From Myxococcales bacterium (GTDB lineage Bacteria > Desulfobacterota > Binatia > HRBIN30), in NCBI GenBank assembly GCA_037445065.1, contig JBBILD010000016.1, positions 27,296 to 91,295 of the forward strand: a stretch of 64,000 bases of DNA, given 5' to 3'. Each line of letters opens with the position of its first letter. The stretch's first letter is position 1. The notes under the pieces are model-generated. The model saw nothing but the letters and a program-made list of their open reading frames with translations, searched no databases and was not told where the DNA came from. The position numbers were made by a program, and so were the translations under genes. Positions 21,340 through 32,042 of this stretch are shown here, in pieces.

Positions 21340-21837
21340 TCAGGGCCGCCCCCGGCGGCTGAGAAACCCGAAGCGCGGCAGCTCTGCAGTGCCTTTGCGG
21401 TAGGCGAAGTCTTCCACCCGCCCGTCGCCATCGAAGAAGATGACCAGCATGTCGCTCTTTTGGTCGAATTCTGCGTAGTTGAAGAGCAGCAGGACGAGCG
21501 CCATGGCGTTGGCGCGCGAGTACGTGTAGCGGAACCAACGGGCGGTCACGATTCGCTCCTCCGGCGGTTTGTCGCCGCGCCGGCTGAGAAGCGCGTCGAA
21601 GGGGATCCCGATAGCCGTCAGTTCCCGCGCTTCGATTTCTTGCGGGGGGCCGAACAGTTCCAGCACTTGTGCCTTCGTGGTCACTCCCCGCTCGAGGCGG
21701 GCGATCTTGGCTTCGTCGAGCGGGTGGTCGCGGTAGACCCGCCCCATCACGCAGCCAGTACAAATTAGGGGAGCGATCAAGGTTCGAACCAGAGCTGCCC
21801 ACTTACCTCTCGTCAAAAGCCGGGCATGGCGTTGCAT
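21340..21837 (-). CDS. BamE/SmpA-like lipoprotein
   Basis: CTGC lipobox; LERGVTTKAQVLELFGPP; FFDGDGRVEDF. Confidence 0.7.
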   Translation of the reverse strand: MQRHARLLTRGKWAALVRTLIAPLICTGCVMGRVYRDHPLDEAKIARLERGVTTKAQVLELFGPPQEIEARELTAIGIPFDALLSRRGDKPPEERIVTARWFRYTYSRANAMALVLLLFNYAEFDQKSDMLVIFFDGDGRVEDFAYRKGTAELPRFGFLSRRGRP

Positions 21838-21865
21838 CTCTTCCTTCCCTTCTCCCACGGGGTGT

Positions 21866-22579
21866 TCACAGCCGATAGCCGCGCGGGCCACTGGCCACGA
21901 GGATGGCGTCTTCGTAACGCAGTGCCTGCTGGTCGTCGATTTCGATCCGCTGCAAGGTGACTTGGAACTGCTCGAGCGGGCAGAAGAGGAGCACGGCCAG
22001 GTGCGCCTGGTTGGCGCCCAGGGCCACGGCTGGCTCGAAGCGCTCCGGGGGCTGGCGAACCGTCCACTCGGGCGTGCTGGTGAGCGCTTGGAAGCGTGCC
22101 TCCGAGGCGACCAACTGGGAGTGGGCCCAGCGCATGCTTCCCCACAGTTCTTGCAGGACCAGCCAGTAGTCGAACACGCCGGCGGCGGTGCGCGGAAACG
22201 ACCAGTGCCGGTACAGCAGGGCCACGTCTTGCGTGGGCGCAGCCCGCTCGCGCGCGTCGCGCGAGTCCGGCGCCGGGACCCATTCGAGCCAAGCGTGAGG
22301 GCGCAGGTCTGCGAAACTCTTTTCGGCCACATACGGGCGCACGCGCAGGTCGCGCCCTTGCTGGCCAAAGAAGCGGTAGCGCACCACCTTGCCCTCGCGT
22401 AGGCGGACCTCCGGGAAGCGCGCGAGCACCTCGCCCGCGTGTTCCTCGAACCACCGTTCCCAGTACGAAAGGCGAACTCCGTCCGGCGGGCCCCCCAAGC
22501 GGGCTTGGGTCGCCGCACGTGCCGCCTGCAAGCGCTCCATCCGCTCTGCGACGTGCGTTTCCGGGAGAAACTCGACCAT
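21866..22579 (-). CDS. Hypothetical protein
   Basis: 237 aa with protein-like composition, co-oriented with the downstream genes. Confidence 0.7.
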   Translation of the reverse strand: MVEFLPETHVAERMERLQAARAATQARLGGPPDGVRLSYWERWFEEHAGEVLARFPEVRLREGKVVRYRFFGQQGRDLRVRPYVAEKSFADLRPHAWLEWVPAPDSRDARERAAPTQDVALLYRHWSFPRTAAGVFDYWLVLQELWGSMRWAHSQLVASEARFQALTSTPEWTVRQPPERFEPAVALGANQAHLAVLLFCPLEQFQVTLQRIEIDDQQALRYEDAILVASGPRGYRL

Positions 22580-22695
22580 GCCGTCTAGCTTGCCAAAGCG
22601 AGAGCCCGAGGCAATGCGGCTCGGCGCGGCCCAGGCAGCCGGGCAACGAGAGGGAGGAGGCGGTCCTTCGGTCCAGAAAATTTGTTGCCGCGGGG

Positions 22696-22724
22696 TTGAC
22701 CCAGTCTCGCAACCCTTGTATCAC
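22696..22724 (+). promoter_or_regulatory. Sigma70-type promoter for riboswitch-M23 transcript
   Basis: TTGACC-17 nt-TATCAC just upstream of the riboswitch. Confidence 0.55.
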
Positions 22725-22738
22725 GCCAGTCGCGACAT

Positions 22739-22873
22739 GGCCGAATCTCTGGAGACAGGGAGCGGGGGAACCAAGGAATTGGGGTGAATCTCGAGCGCGG
22801 CGCGGCGGCGCTCGGACGGGAAACTCTTTGATCCCGAACCCGGCAGCTAACCTCGTAGGCCTTCAAGGAGAGG
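22739..22873 (+). ncRNA. Cyclic di-AMP riboswitch (ydaO/yuaA)
   Basis: Conserved blocks GCCGAATC, GGAGCGGGGGAACCA, GGGGTGAATC, CCCGAACCCGGCAGCTAACCTCGTAGGC in a 5' UTR. Confidence 0.9.
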
Positions 22874-22967
22874 CACCGAAAGCGGTGTAAAAACCGCGGT
22901 CGGCGCAAGCCGGTTGTGCGGTGGGATGCGGCCTCTCCCAGGATGTCGCGGAAAGGAGAGGACGACG

Positions 22968-24227
22968 ATGCACCACGCACAGCGGCTGTGGCTGATTGCG
23001 ATCGCCATCGTGGTTTGCGTCGCCCCGGTAGAGGCCGCCAAGCGCGCCCGCGGCAAAGCCGCAACTCGGCAAAAGGCAGCGGTGGTCGAGCAAAAGCGCG
23101 TGGTTCAGCCTGGGGAAACCCTCACCCGCATCCTGGCCGACTACGGGCAAGGCGGCGCCGAAGCGCTGCGCTGGGACGAGGCGATGCGCCGGGCGGCGGG
23201 CGAGTTTGCCTTGAGCCCGGGGCACCTTTTGCGCCTTGCGTTTCGCGGCGGGCGCCTCGAGCGCGTGAGCTACGAGGTGGATGACTGCGTGCGCGTGGTG
23301 GTGAACCGGCGCGGCAATGCGCTGCAAGGGAAAACCGAGCCCCTGCAAGCCCGGGTGCGGCTGGTGGCAGCAGAAGGACTGGTGACCAAGAACTTCTTCC
23401 AGGCGGCACGCCAGGCAGGGATTCCCGACAAAGTCGTGTCGCAAATGGCAGACGTGCTGGGTGGCGAGTTCGATTTGCGCCGGGTGCGGCCGGGGGACCG
23501 CTTCCGCGTGCTGTACGAGCACCGCACCACGGTGGAAGGCCGTACTTTGCCGCCTGGCAAGCTCCTAGCGGCAGAGGTGCGCAGCGGCACGCGGGTGGCG
23601 CAAGCCTTTTTTTACAACGACGGCGGCCAGGGAGTATATGTGGATGGGCAGGGCCGCACACTTACGCAAGGGTTTTTGCGCTACCCGGTGGAGTTCGCCC
23701 GCATTTCCTCCCACTTCTCGAAGCGGCGGTTTCATCCGCTACTCCAGGTGGCGCGCCCGCACTATGGGGTGGACTTTGCCGCGCCAGCCGGTACCCCGGT
23801 ACGGGCTGCCGGTGACGGCGTGGTGACGTTCGCGGGGTGGGACGGCGAATATGGCAACCGCATCGAACTGCGCCACGAGAACGGCTGGACCACCGAGTAC
23901 GCACACCTGCAGAGGATCGCGCCCACAGTGCGGGTGGGAGCGCGGGTCAGGCAAACGCAAGTCATCGGGTGGGTGGGGCAGACGGGCCTGGCAACCGGGC
24001 CGCATCTGCACTTTGGCTTGTTCCGCAACGGCCAGTACCAGGACCCCCTGACGGCCAAAGTCGAACTGCGGCGCGAGGTGCAGGACCCGAAGCGCTTCGC
24101 ACTCGCCAAGCAGGCTTTGCTGCGGCAAATCTCCGCCTTGGTGCGCCCAGCCGCTCCGCTCGAGCCGGTTTTGGTGGCTGCCTTGCCGCAGCCGCAGCGC
24201 CCGGCCCCGGTGACCATCACTCGCTGA
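22968..24227 (+). CDS. M23 peptidoglycan DD-metalloendopeptidase (MepM-like)
   Basis: HYGVDFAA (HxxxD), YAHL, TGPHLH; AAAGGAG RBS. Confidence 0.92.
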   Translation: MHHAQRLWLIAIAIVVCVAPVEAAKRARGKAATRQKAAVVEQKRVVQPGETLTRILADYGQGGAEALRWDEAMRRAAGEFALSPGHLLRLAFRGGRLERVSYEVDDCVRVVVNRRGNALQGKTEPLQARVRLVAAEGLVTKNFFQAARQAGIPDKVVSQMADVLGGEFDLRRVRPGDRFRVLYEHRTTVEGRTLPPGKLLAAEVRSGTRVAQAFFYNDGGQGVYVDGQGRTLTQGFLRYPVEFARISSHFSKRRFHPLLQVARPHYGVDFAAPAGTPVRAAGDGVVTFAGWDGEYGNRIELRHENGWTTEYAHLQRIAPTVRVGARVRQTQVIGWVGQTGLATGPHLHFGLFRNGQYQDPLTAKVELRREVQDPKRFALAKQALLRQISALVRPAAPLEPVLVAALPQPQRPAPVTITR

Positions 24228-24348
24228 GGGGAAGCTGCCCGCCGCGTTCGTGCGCGAGGTTCGGTAGCCGCGGCGGCACCGGCTTTGCGCTGCTTGGACG
24301 GCGAACGCGCAGCAGCGCCTCAGCCTGCGGCGGAGTGTGCCCAACGGA

Positions 24349-25794
24349 TCAAAGGATGTCGCGGGGAGCGTACGCGCGAGCCTGCGGGAAGCGCGCGAGC
24401 CACGCTTCAGCGGCAGCGACGAAGCGGTCGGTCTGCGCATGCGCTTCACCGAGCAACCCGTGCGCGTGCGCGAGCACGCGCTGGACCGTGGCCGAGTCGA
24501 GCCCGAGTTCGGGTGTGGCCGCTAGGCGAGCGGTGAAGTGCGCCGCAGCATCCTCGCCCCGCTGCAAGGCTTCGGCCGCTGCTTGCGCGGCGCGCTGCAG
24601 CGCCTTGTGGGCTTGTTCGCGGCCTGCACCACGCTTGACGGCTTCCATGAGCAGCGTGGTGGTGGCGAGAAACGGGGCGTAGCGGCGCCATTCGGACTCG
24701 ATCATGCCCGGGAAAACCGTGAAGTGAGCCACCACCCAGTGAAAGGTTTCCAAAATCCCATCACTGGCCAGCATCATCCCCGGCAAGGCCACGCGCCGAG
24801 TCGCGGAGCACGACACGTCCCCTTCGTTCCACTGGTCGCCGGCGAGAGCCGCAAGCATGTTCCAGTGCCCGCGCAAGACCGCGAACAGCGCGTTGATCCG
24901 CTCGCAACTCCGTGCGTTTTTCTTGTGTGGCATCGCGGAAGAACCGACTTGCCCTTCCGAGAAGCCTTCGCTTGCCAGTTCAAGACCGGCCATCAGGCGC
25001 AGCGTGCGCGCGAAGTTGCTCGGGGCACTGGCGAGTTGCACGAGCACGCTGGCGGCAGCGAGGTCGAGGCTGCGCGGGTAAACCTGGCCAGGCGCGTCGA
25101 GGCGGCGGGAAAAGCCGAGGAAGCGCGCCACTTCGGCTTCGAGGGCGTGGACCTTGTCGTGGTCGCCCGCGAACAGAGTGAGCAGATCGAGCTGCGTGCC
25201 CACCGGTCCTTTGAGGCCGCGCAGCGGGTAGTGCTCGATGAACCAACAGAGGTGCTCGAGGGCCAGACAGAGTTCTTCGCCGAACATCGCCAGACGGCGC
25301 CCGAGGGTGGTGGGCTGCGCCGCTACGTTGTGGGTGCGCGCCGGGAGCACAAGATCGCGCAGCTCGCGGGCGCGCTCAGCCAAGCGGGCGAGGCAGGCTA
25401 CCGCCTTGTCGCGCAGCAGCAAAAGAGAGCGCAGGATCTGCAACTGCTCCACGTTCTCCGTGAGATCGCGACTGGTCATCCCTTTGTGGATGTGCTCGTA
25501 GCCAGCCAGCGCGCAAAACTCCTCGATACGCGCCTTGACGTCGTGCTTGGTGACATGTTCTCGCGTACGGATGCGGGCGAGGTCTACGTTGTTTTTCACC
25601 CGTTCGTAAGCGGCAATGGCTTCGTCCGGGATGTCGAGCCCGAGCTGGCGCTGGGCTTTAAGCACCGCGATCCAAAGCTCACGCTCGAGCCGCACCTTGC
25701 CGGCCGCAGACCAAATTTCCGCCATCTCCGGGCTCGCGTAACGCTCGGCAAGGACGTCGAGAACGATTCCCTGATTCGGCTGCCCTTCTTCCAT
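24349..25794 (-). CDS. purB: Adenylosuccinate lyase
   Basis: KHDVKA, HKGMTSRD, GSSAMPHKKN. Confidence 0.93.
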   Translation of the reverse strand: MEEGQPNQGIVLDVLAERYASPEMAEIWSAAGKVRLERELWIAVLKAQRQLGLDIPDEAIAAYERVKNNVDLARIRTREHVTKHDVKARIEEFCALAGYEHIHKGMTSRDLTENVEQLQILRSLLLLRDKAVACLARLAERARELRDLVLPARTHNVAAQPTTLGRRLAMFGEELCLALEHLCWFIEHYPLRGLKGPVGTQLDLLTLFAGDHDKVHALEAEVARFLGFSRRLDAPGQVYPRSLDLAAASVLVQLASAPSNFARTLRLMAGLELASEGFSEGQVGSSAMPHKKNARSCERINALFAVLRGHWNMLAALAGDQWNEGDVSCSATRRVALPGMMLASDGILETFHWVVAHFTVFPGMIESEWRRYAPFLATTTLLMEAVKRGAGREQAHKALQRAAQAAAEALQRGEDAAAHFTARLAATPELGLDSATVQRVLAHAHGLLGEAHAQTDRFVAAAEAWLARFPQARAYAPRDIL

Positions 25795-25852
25795 TACGGG
25801 GCGCTTCTAGCCCGCCCCAACTGCGGATTCCAACGCAACGCCCCCCGGCGTA

Positions 25853-26410
25853 GACGGCGAGCCGCGAGCAGCGAGCGGTAAACGGTAAATGGCGAATGGC
25901 GAAGGATCCCCCTTCGCCGCACATGGCGGATGGATTTCGTGCAGGGCCGTTCCCTGCGGGGCGAGAGGCCTGATTTGCGCAGCGGCGAACGGCGAAATGG
26001 GTCGGTGCGGTCCCCACGCCGAATCTGATTCGATGTAGGGGCGGCCCTTGTGGCCGCCCGTGGCGCTGCGGGCAAGGCATTGCCATCGTGTGCGCGGTGG
26101 TGGCGACGTGGCTGCCGTGCCGCGGGTCTCGGCGCGGCGCGATCGGCGCATTCGATTCGGAACACGGGCAGGCACAAGGCCTGCCCTTACAACGTGTTTG
26201 CGGCGAGCTGCTCCCGCATGGGCACGGATGCCCCCTGCGGCATGTAGGGGCGGCCCTTTTGGCCGCCCGTGGCGCCGCGGGCAGGGCGTCTCGATCATCC
26301 ACGCGGTCACATCTCGATCGCGGTGCCGGCGACCCGCGGTTCCACCGCCGCGCTGCTGCCGAACATCCACGTTGCCTCCACCACCACTCAAAGCTGAAGG
26401 CGTTGCACGG
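25853..26410. repeat. Mosaic repeat: heptamer array 25853-25901, REPs at 26035 (+), 26164-26190 (-), 26244 (+), shared 70-bp segment 26341-26407
   Basis: Alternating GTAG hairpins; linkers similar to those in the other clusters. Confidence 0.85.
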
Positions 26411-26487
26411 TGGAAAGGGATTGCATCCTATAAGGGCCTTCGTGTCATTGCCGGTGCGATACCGGGCGTGCCACGCAGCGGCGCGGC

Positions 26488-27639
26488 TCAGCTCCCCCAC
26501 CACCGCGCGCGCCAGCGCCGCCACCAGGATGCTGGGGTCGGCGAGGGTGCTGGGATGCCTTGCATTGCCGTGGGCGAGGCAGCGCCTGCGTTTCGTTGCG
26601 TCGCTGCGCCTCTCGTGGCGGGCACGGCAGTGGTCGGCAACGGGGTTGGGGGACCCACTCGAGGAGGCGTCGCGGTAGTTTCTCCCGTAGGGGTACGCTG
26701 CGGGGTGCCCGTGGGGCTCCGTGCGGGCGTTGTGGGTGCTGTGGTTGTCGGCGCGAGCGCCTGTGCCTCCGAATCCGCCGGCGACTCAGGTGCGGCGGAC
26801 GGCTCGCTTGTGTTCTCCACGCTTGCCGGGGCGGTGCTGGCACTGGAGGGTCCGGGAGTCGGCGAGCGTGTTACCGGTAGCGTGGGGAGCGGGAGCGTGG
26901 GGGTATCGAGACGCTCGAGCGAGCGGACAGAAAGCGGCACACTCTCTGCCGGTGCGCGGCGCGCTGCGGCCCACGGTGGTGTCCAGCGCGGCGCCGCCGC
27001 GGCGGGGTCCGGTTCCACCTTGAGCTCGAAAATCAGCACGCCGTCGGGCCGTCCGTCCGGGGTGAGGGTTTCGGTGCCGACCCGGTCGATGTCGGTGAAG
27101 TCTCGCGGGCGCCACTGCTTGGGCTCACCACTCGAAGGAAAGAAGAATGCCGCGGTGAGGCGGGCGAGGAGCTGGCCATCGCGAAACTCGAGACTCTGCG
27201 GGTTGTCCACGACGTCGAGCGCGAGGGAAAGCGTGCTCGGGGAGGGATTCGCCCGGTGGTGAGTGAACCCGTATCGCCACGGGATCCAGGCACTGATGCC
27301 CGGGTTGATGTTGTCCCCATTGAAGTAGAGGTTGAGCACCACAGCGGCTGGGAATTCCCCCGGCAGGTACTGCCAGAACAGGTGCGATACGTGGGCTGAG
27401 ACGAGCGGGGCAGGCCAAAGGTCGACGGTCAGCGTCCCGTCCGCTGCTTGCGGAAAGGGAATGCCTCGGGTTTGGGGCGGTGGCCAGCGGGTAAACCCGA
27501 GTGCACGCCCGCCGAGACCAGAAGCGGTGTGCCACACAGGCCCCACCGGCTGCCCCTCGCCGTCGGCTGAGTACAACAGCACGCCAGTGAGTTGCAGTGC
27601 ATGCCCGCATGCGGGTGAAAGCGCAGCGAGGACCAGCAT
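26488..27639 (-). CDS. Secreted hypothetical protein with Pro/Thr-rich tail and Trp/Arg C-terminus (start uncertain)
   Basis: Signal-like ALSPACGHA, globular domain, long PT linker, ends SWWRRWRARWWGS. Confidence 0.65.
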   Translation of the reverse strand: MLVLAALSPACGHALQLTGVLLYSADGEGQPVGPVWHTASGLGGRALGFTRWPPPQTRGIPFPQAADGTLTVDLWPAPLVSAHVSHLFWQYLPGEFPAAVVLNLYFNGDNINPGISAWIPWRYGFTHHRANPSPSTLSLALDVVDNPQSLEFRDGQLLARLTAAFFFPSSGEPKQWRPRDFTDIDRVGTETLTPDGRPDGVLIFELKVEPDPAAAAPRWTPPWAAARRAPAESVPLSVRSLERLDTPTLPLPTLPVTRSPTPGPSSASTAPASVENTSEPSAAPESPADSEAQALAPTTTAPTTPARSPTGTPQRTPTGETTATPPRVGPPTPLPTTAVPATRGAATQRNAGAASPTAMQGIPAPSPTPASWWRRWRARWWGS

Positions 27640-27875
27640 CGCAAGGCCCGCTGAACGCAACGCAAGACTCCGTCCGGCTCGGCCCAAGCCCGGCGCCCCT
27701 CTGCGCACTGCCAGCGCTCGTGACTCGTCTGCGCGGGCGCCGACGCGGTGCGCCCTGCGGACCAGCCGCTGCAGCTTGCCAGGGGAGAGAGGCACAGTCG
27801 CCGTTTAGCACATCGTAGCCCAGCCCGACGGGAGGCGTTCGCGAGGTGTTCCCGGACACCTACGGCGTGGCCGCG

Positions 27876-28065
27876 GACAGCGAGCAGTGGATTGCGAATG
27901 GCGAATGGGGGATGGTCCCTCCTTCACCGGACATGACGCTCGGCTTTCGTGGTTCCATGCAAGGCCCGACGGTCGCTTTGGGTAGCGGCGAACGGACAAA
28001 CGGCCGGCGCTGTCCCCCCGCTGAATTTAGTTCGATGCGGGGGCGGCCCTTGTGGGTGCCCGTGC
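27876..28065 (+). repeat. Diverged direct copy of the 25853-26065 element
   Basis: Heptamers, AGCGGCGAACGG...GAAT...TTCGATG linker, then GGGGCGGCCCTTGTGGGTGCCCGTG. Confidence 0.75.
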
Positions 28066-28252
28066 TTTGATTCGAGCATCCGTGGCCCGCAACGCGGGCT
28101 CGCCGCTTTACTGAGCCAGGGCTGAACCGTGCACCGGTTTCGGCTCGCTTGGTGGAGGCCGCATCGCCGCCGTCGTGCTGCGGCCTGGTGGGAAGGATCC
28201 TGTGCTTGAACCCAGCTCCGTACCCAGGCAGAGCAAAGGGCGGTCTGGAGAT

Positions 28253-31200
28253 CTAGCTGCATCCGTTCAACGCGTTGTTCACTCCCTGGATGGTCTCGTT
28301 GATGGTGACTTCCCCATCGTGGCTCGAGTCGAAAACCGGGCACTCATTCAAAGACTTGTTGCGGAACGCGATGTTCACGCCTTGGATCCGTTCGTCCACG
28401 GTAACCTCTCCATCCTCGTTGCAGTCGCCCGTGCAGGCCGTGCGGCCGGCAGCAGTCGCGGTGGGAGTGGGTTTCGGGCGGCGCGTGACAGGAGTCGGTG
28501 TGAGGGTCGGCGCCGGGCCGGGATACGGACCGCGTCGGTAGATGACGCCGGCTGCCGCGTCGGGTCGGACCAGTTCTTGGGGGCCGCTCGGTGTGATGCG
28601 ATCGGCGGCCAGCGCCCGCCTCACGAGCGAAGTGCCGATGACCGTCTCGGGGTCGCTCACCATGTGCAGCACCGCAGAATCGTCACCGTTGTAGACTGGC
28701 AAGCCCGGGGTATCGCCCGTTAGCGCCACCTCGGCGGTGCGGCCGTCGGTCAGGTTGGCGGCGACCACCCGATTCTCCCCCTGCGCGAAAACATCGAGCA
28801 GGAGGAAGTTGTCACTGGTGTTGCTGAGCGAGGGGGTTCCCAACGTCGAGGCCGGGAACCGGCGGCACCACGACCAAGGTGCGCCGCAAGAGCAGGTCGT
28901 ATGCGTAGACACTCCACAAACCCAAATCCTCACCGCCGGCAACGGGGACCACGTTGTAGGCGTAGTAAATAAGAAACCGCCCGTCCGCGGCGAAGTCCAT
29001 CCCGTCGGCAAATTTCAAGGGTCCGATTTGCTGTCTATCGATCGAGGGAGCCGCGAGCGGAACCTTCTCCGCGGTCTCGCTGCGCAGGTCAACGAGCGTG
29101 ATCACGTGCTCTGGTTGCCCTCGTGCATCGAGCAGGACGAACCCGAACTTGCTCGAGTCCGGCGCCATGGCCACCGAGTGCACCAGACCGGCGCAGCCCA
29201 GGCACTCTTCTGCGCTTTCGAACTCGGCTTCGGTAAGGATCAAGCACAGCTCGTTGCGCGCGAAGGCGAACGCCGCGATTTGGCCGTCTCCCGACACTGC
29301 GGGGCGCTTCGGCGCCACCGGGACCGCGCTCAGTTGCACCCTGGGTGGGGATCACCGAGGCCAGCCTCGCGGCGGCCGAGGAAGAACTCGTCTTGCCCTG
29401 CGTCGTAAAACACGAACCGCAGCGCATCGGGCCCGGGGACGGGTGGAAACGGCGGCGGCGGGGGTGTGGTCTCGCCGTCGAAAATCTCCACTGCATCGAA
29501 CGCCTCGGCGGTGCGTTGGGCTTGGGTGGAGGCCGGGCTACAGAGGTCGGTGGCCGCGAGACGTGCGTCCACGAACTGCGAGTTGCGCAGGAGATACCTG
29601 GTCAGGGCACGGTAAAAGATCCGCTTGGCGTCGCGAATCCCGATCGAGTTGGGAAAGCCGGCCGCGAGCAGGTAGTAGGCGTGGTTGATGAGGCAGCTAT
29701 TGCCGTGGACACCGCCGTTGTCTTCCCCGGTGCGAACGAACTCGCTCATCCGCTGCGGGTGCGGGACTCCCGGGAGGTACTCCACCGCCCTGCAATTGGC
29801 GTAGTTTTGCAGCGGGCGCTCGAGAAGCCGTACCCCCTTGTGCCAGTCCGGCCCGCCAAAGGTGAAAAACTCGACGTTCTCGCCGAAGATATCCGACATC
29901 GCCTCGTTCAACGCTCCGGGTTGATCCTGGTAGACGAGACCTGCGGTTTTCTCGGTGACCCCGTGAGTCATCTCATGGGCGATCACGTCGAGGCTGGCAG
30001 CAAAAGGTACCGCATCGCCGAAGAGCCGAACCCGTTGGTCCAAAATGCGTTGAACACATTGCGCCCGAAGCGAACGACGCCGACCAGATTCCCACCTTGC
30101 CCATCGATCGAATTCCGATCGTGGCGCTGCACGTAGTACTCATAGGTTTGCGAGAGCCCGAAAGCCGCGCTTACGCCGTCGGCCAACCACGGTCCGGTGG
30201 CCCGGTTCGCCGTGATGGAAAAAAGTTCCGGAATGGTCTCCGGTTGGTCGGTCGGTGGCTGGTTGCGCGCGCCTTGGATCAAGATGGCGCCACGGGTGCG
30301 ATTCAGAGCGGGCGGATCGGATGTCGGATCGAACATGGGCTTGCTCGTATCCACCAGAAAAAACGTTCCGCCTTCTGCTCACACGTTGAGGTCGCGCGTT
30401 GTTCCGAAGAGGTCCTGGCCGGAACCAGCACGATTTTCTTGCTTGACCTTGTTGAACGCCTCCAGCACGCTGCCGTCGCCCGCATCCACGATCACCCGCC
30501 ACTGACCGATGAGCGAAACCCTGAGTTCGTGGCTCCAGGCCAGCCGCGGCGGACCTTCGAGCGGCGCGTGCACGATGAGTTCAGGTGTGCTGGCGGGGCA
30601 GGAACGCCGCCCGGCACGGTCCGGCGGGCAGCGGCAATGGCTTCTTCGGCGGGAATCGCGGGCTGGACCTCCAGTTTCGCTGGCGTCCGAACGTAGGCAC
30701 CGTTGACAAGCACCACGTTGCCTTCAGGATCGAGGCGGACAACGAGTTCCGATGGCCATACGGTAAGCCCCCGGTAGCGCTGCGCGAAACGAAGATGCCG
30801 TTGCCCGAGAAGATCCTGTTCGTCCCCCTCCAGCACCAATTCCGCGTCTGGATCCTCGATTCCGAGTAGCTCCCGGTTATGGCGCAAGAAGCTGCGCGCG
30901 GTCTCTTGAGCGCGCAGCGCGGCTGTGTGACCGGATGCGCGCGGCTCGAGTACGCGGCCGGCGATCCACATCGGAGTCTGCGAGCTTTGCCGGATGCGCA
31001 CCTCCAAACTCGAGCCCGCGCGGGATTCCAAAGCCGCAATCGCCGAGCGCAACAGCGTGCTGCGCTTGCTGGCCGGCCGCTGCCGTTCGACCCGAGCGAT
31101 CGCCGCGCGTAGCTTTGCGGGGAGGTCGCTTTTCGCGCCCGGTTCGTTGAGCGTGGCCTGGATGCTGGCCGTACATGCAACCGGGGCCGCAGCGAGTGGG

Positions 31201-31301
31201 TAGGCACGTAGGGTGCCGGCAAGAATCTGCCCCCGGAGCGCAGTGGACAGGCTCAGCCAAACCAGCAAAGCGACGACCGAGCTTCTTCCCTTCCCAAGCA
31301 T
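28253..31301 (-). pseudogene. M4 (thermolysin/bacillolysin) metalloprotease with C-terminal CxGDC dockerin-like domain, multiple frameshifts
   Basis: Consecutive frames give signal+FTP, PepSY, RNSIDGQG/NAFW, HEMTH, GALNEAMSD, DNGGVH, propeller-like part, CTGDCNEDGEVTVDE. Confidence 0.88.
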
Positions 31302-31337
31302 TTCGCTCTCCTTTCTGGTCCACCAGGACCGCCCGGC

Positions 31338-32042
31338 TCACCTTCCCCGAGGTAATTTGTCTGGTCTCTCCAGCGCGGTCGGCACGATCGAGGTCTTGCG
31401 TAGCACCTCGCCGCTTTGCACAGCGACCGTGACGAGCCAGCGTTCTGCAAGCCCGTGGCGCACGGTCACTGCCCAGGCCAGGCGCGGCGGGCCCTCGGCT
31501 GCCACGACCACGAGCCGCGCCGGGTAATCGGCGCAGCGCTCCGTCCCCGTGGCTGCGCCTCCGGTACGCTGCGCCCTTGCTGCGCAGGGAGCGCCGGTGC
31601 GAGGGAGGGATCAGCAGGGGTCGGGAGGTTGCACCCGTGCACGAGGGTCAGGTGATGGCCGTGGTCGGAGTGGACGATCCGTCCGGCCGAGTCTACCGGA
31701 ACCCCGCGCCAGCTCTGCTCGAGGCGCACCTGCGTTCGCCCATGCTCGTCGTGCACCACCCGATGGACAGTGAACTGCTCACGCGGATTGGTCATGCGAA
31801 AGAGCCTTCGTTGCGGCTGCAAGAAGGCCACGGCAATCTCCTCGCCCTCCTCGCTGCAGGGCGCGAAACTCGGGCTCCAGCTCGGGCCGGGCGAAGAGAT
31901 TCGCTGCGAGCAACCAGATCACCGCCGCCGGTGCGGCGTCGCCTCGGAGCTTCACGTCCACTGGCAGCTCGGCTGCGGGCAAGCGCGGCGTGGGGGCTTT
32001 TATGGGCTCGCAGTCGGCGAAGACAATTACGGCGAACGTCAC
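31338..32042 (-). pseudogene. Stand-alone FTP-PepSY propeptide-like gene, frameshifted
   Basis: DEHGRTQVRLEQSWRGVPV, then in another frame PPRLAWAVTV...WLVTVAVQSGEVLRK; stop at 31338. Confidence 0.6.

Noticed and set aside
25853..26410. REP clusters as CRISPR arrays
   Set aside because: Repeats alternate in orientation, spacing is irregular and linkers are homologous rather than unique
28253..31301. Frameshifts as sequencing error or programmed recoding
   Set aside because: Core genes show no such indels, and five or more shifts without a shared slippery motif fit decay; reads would be needed to exclude error fully
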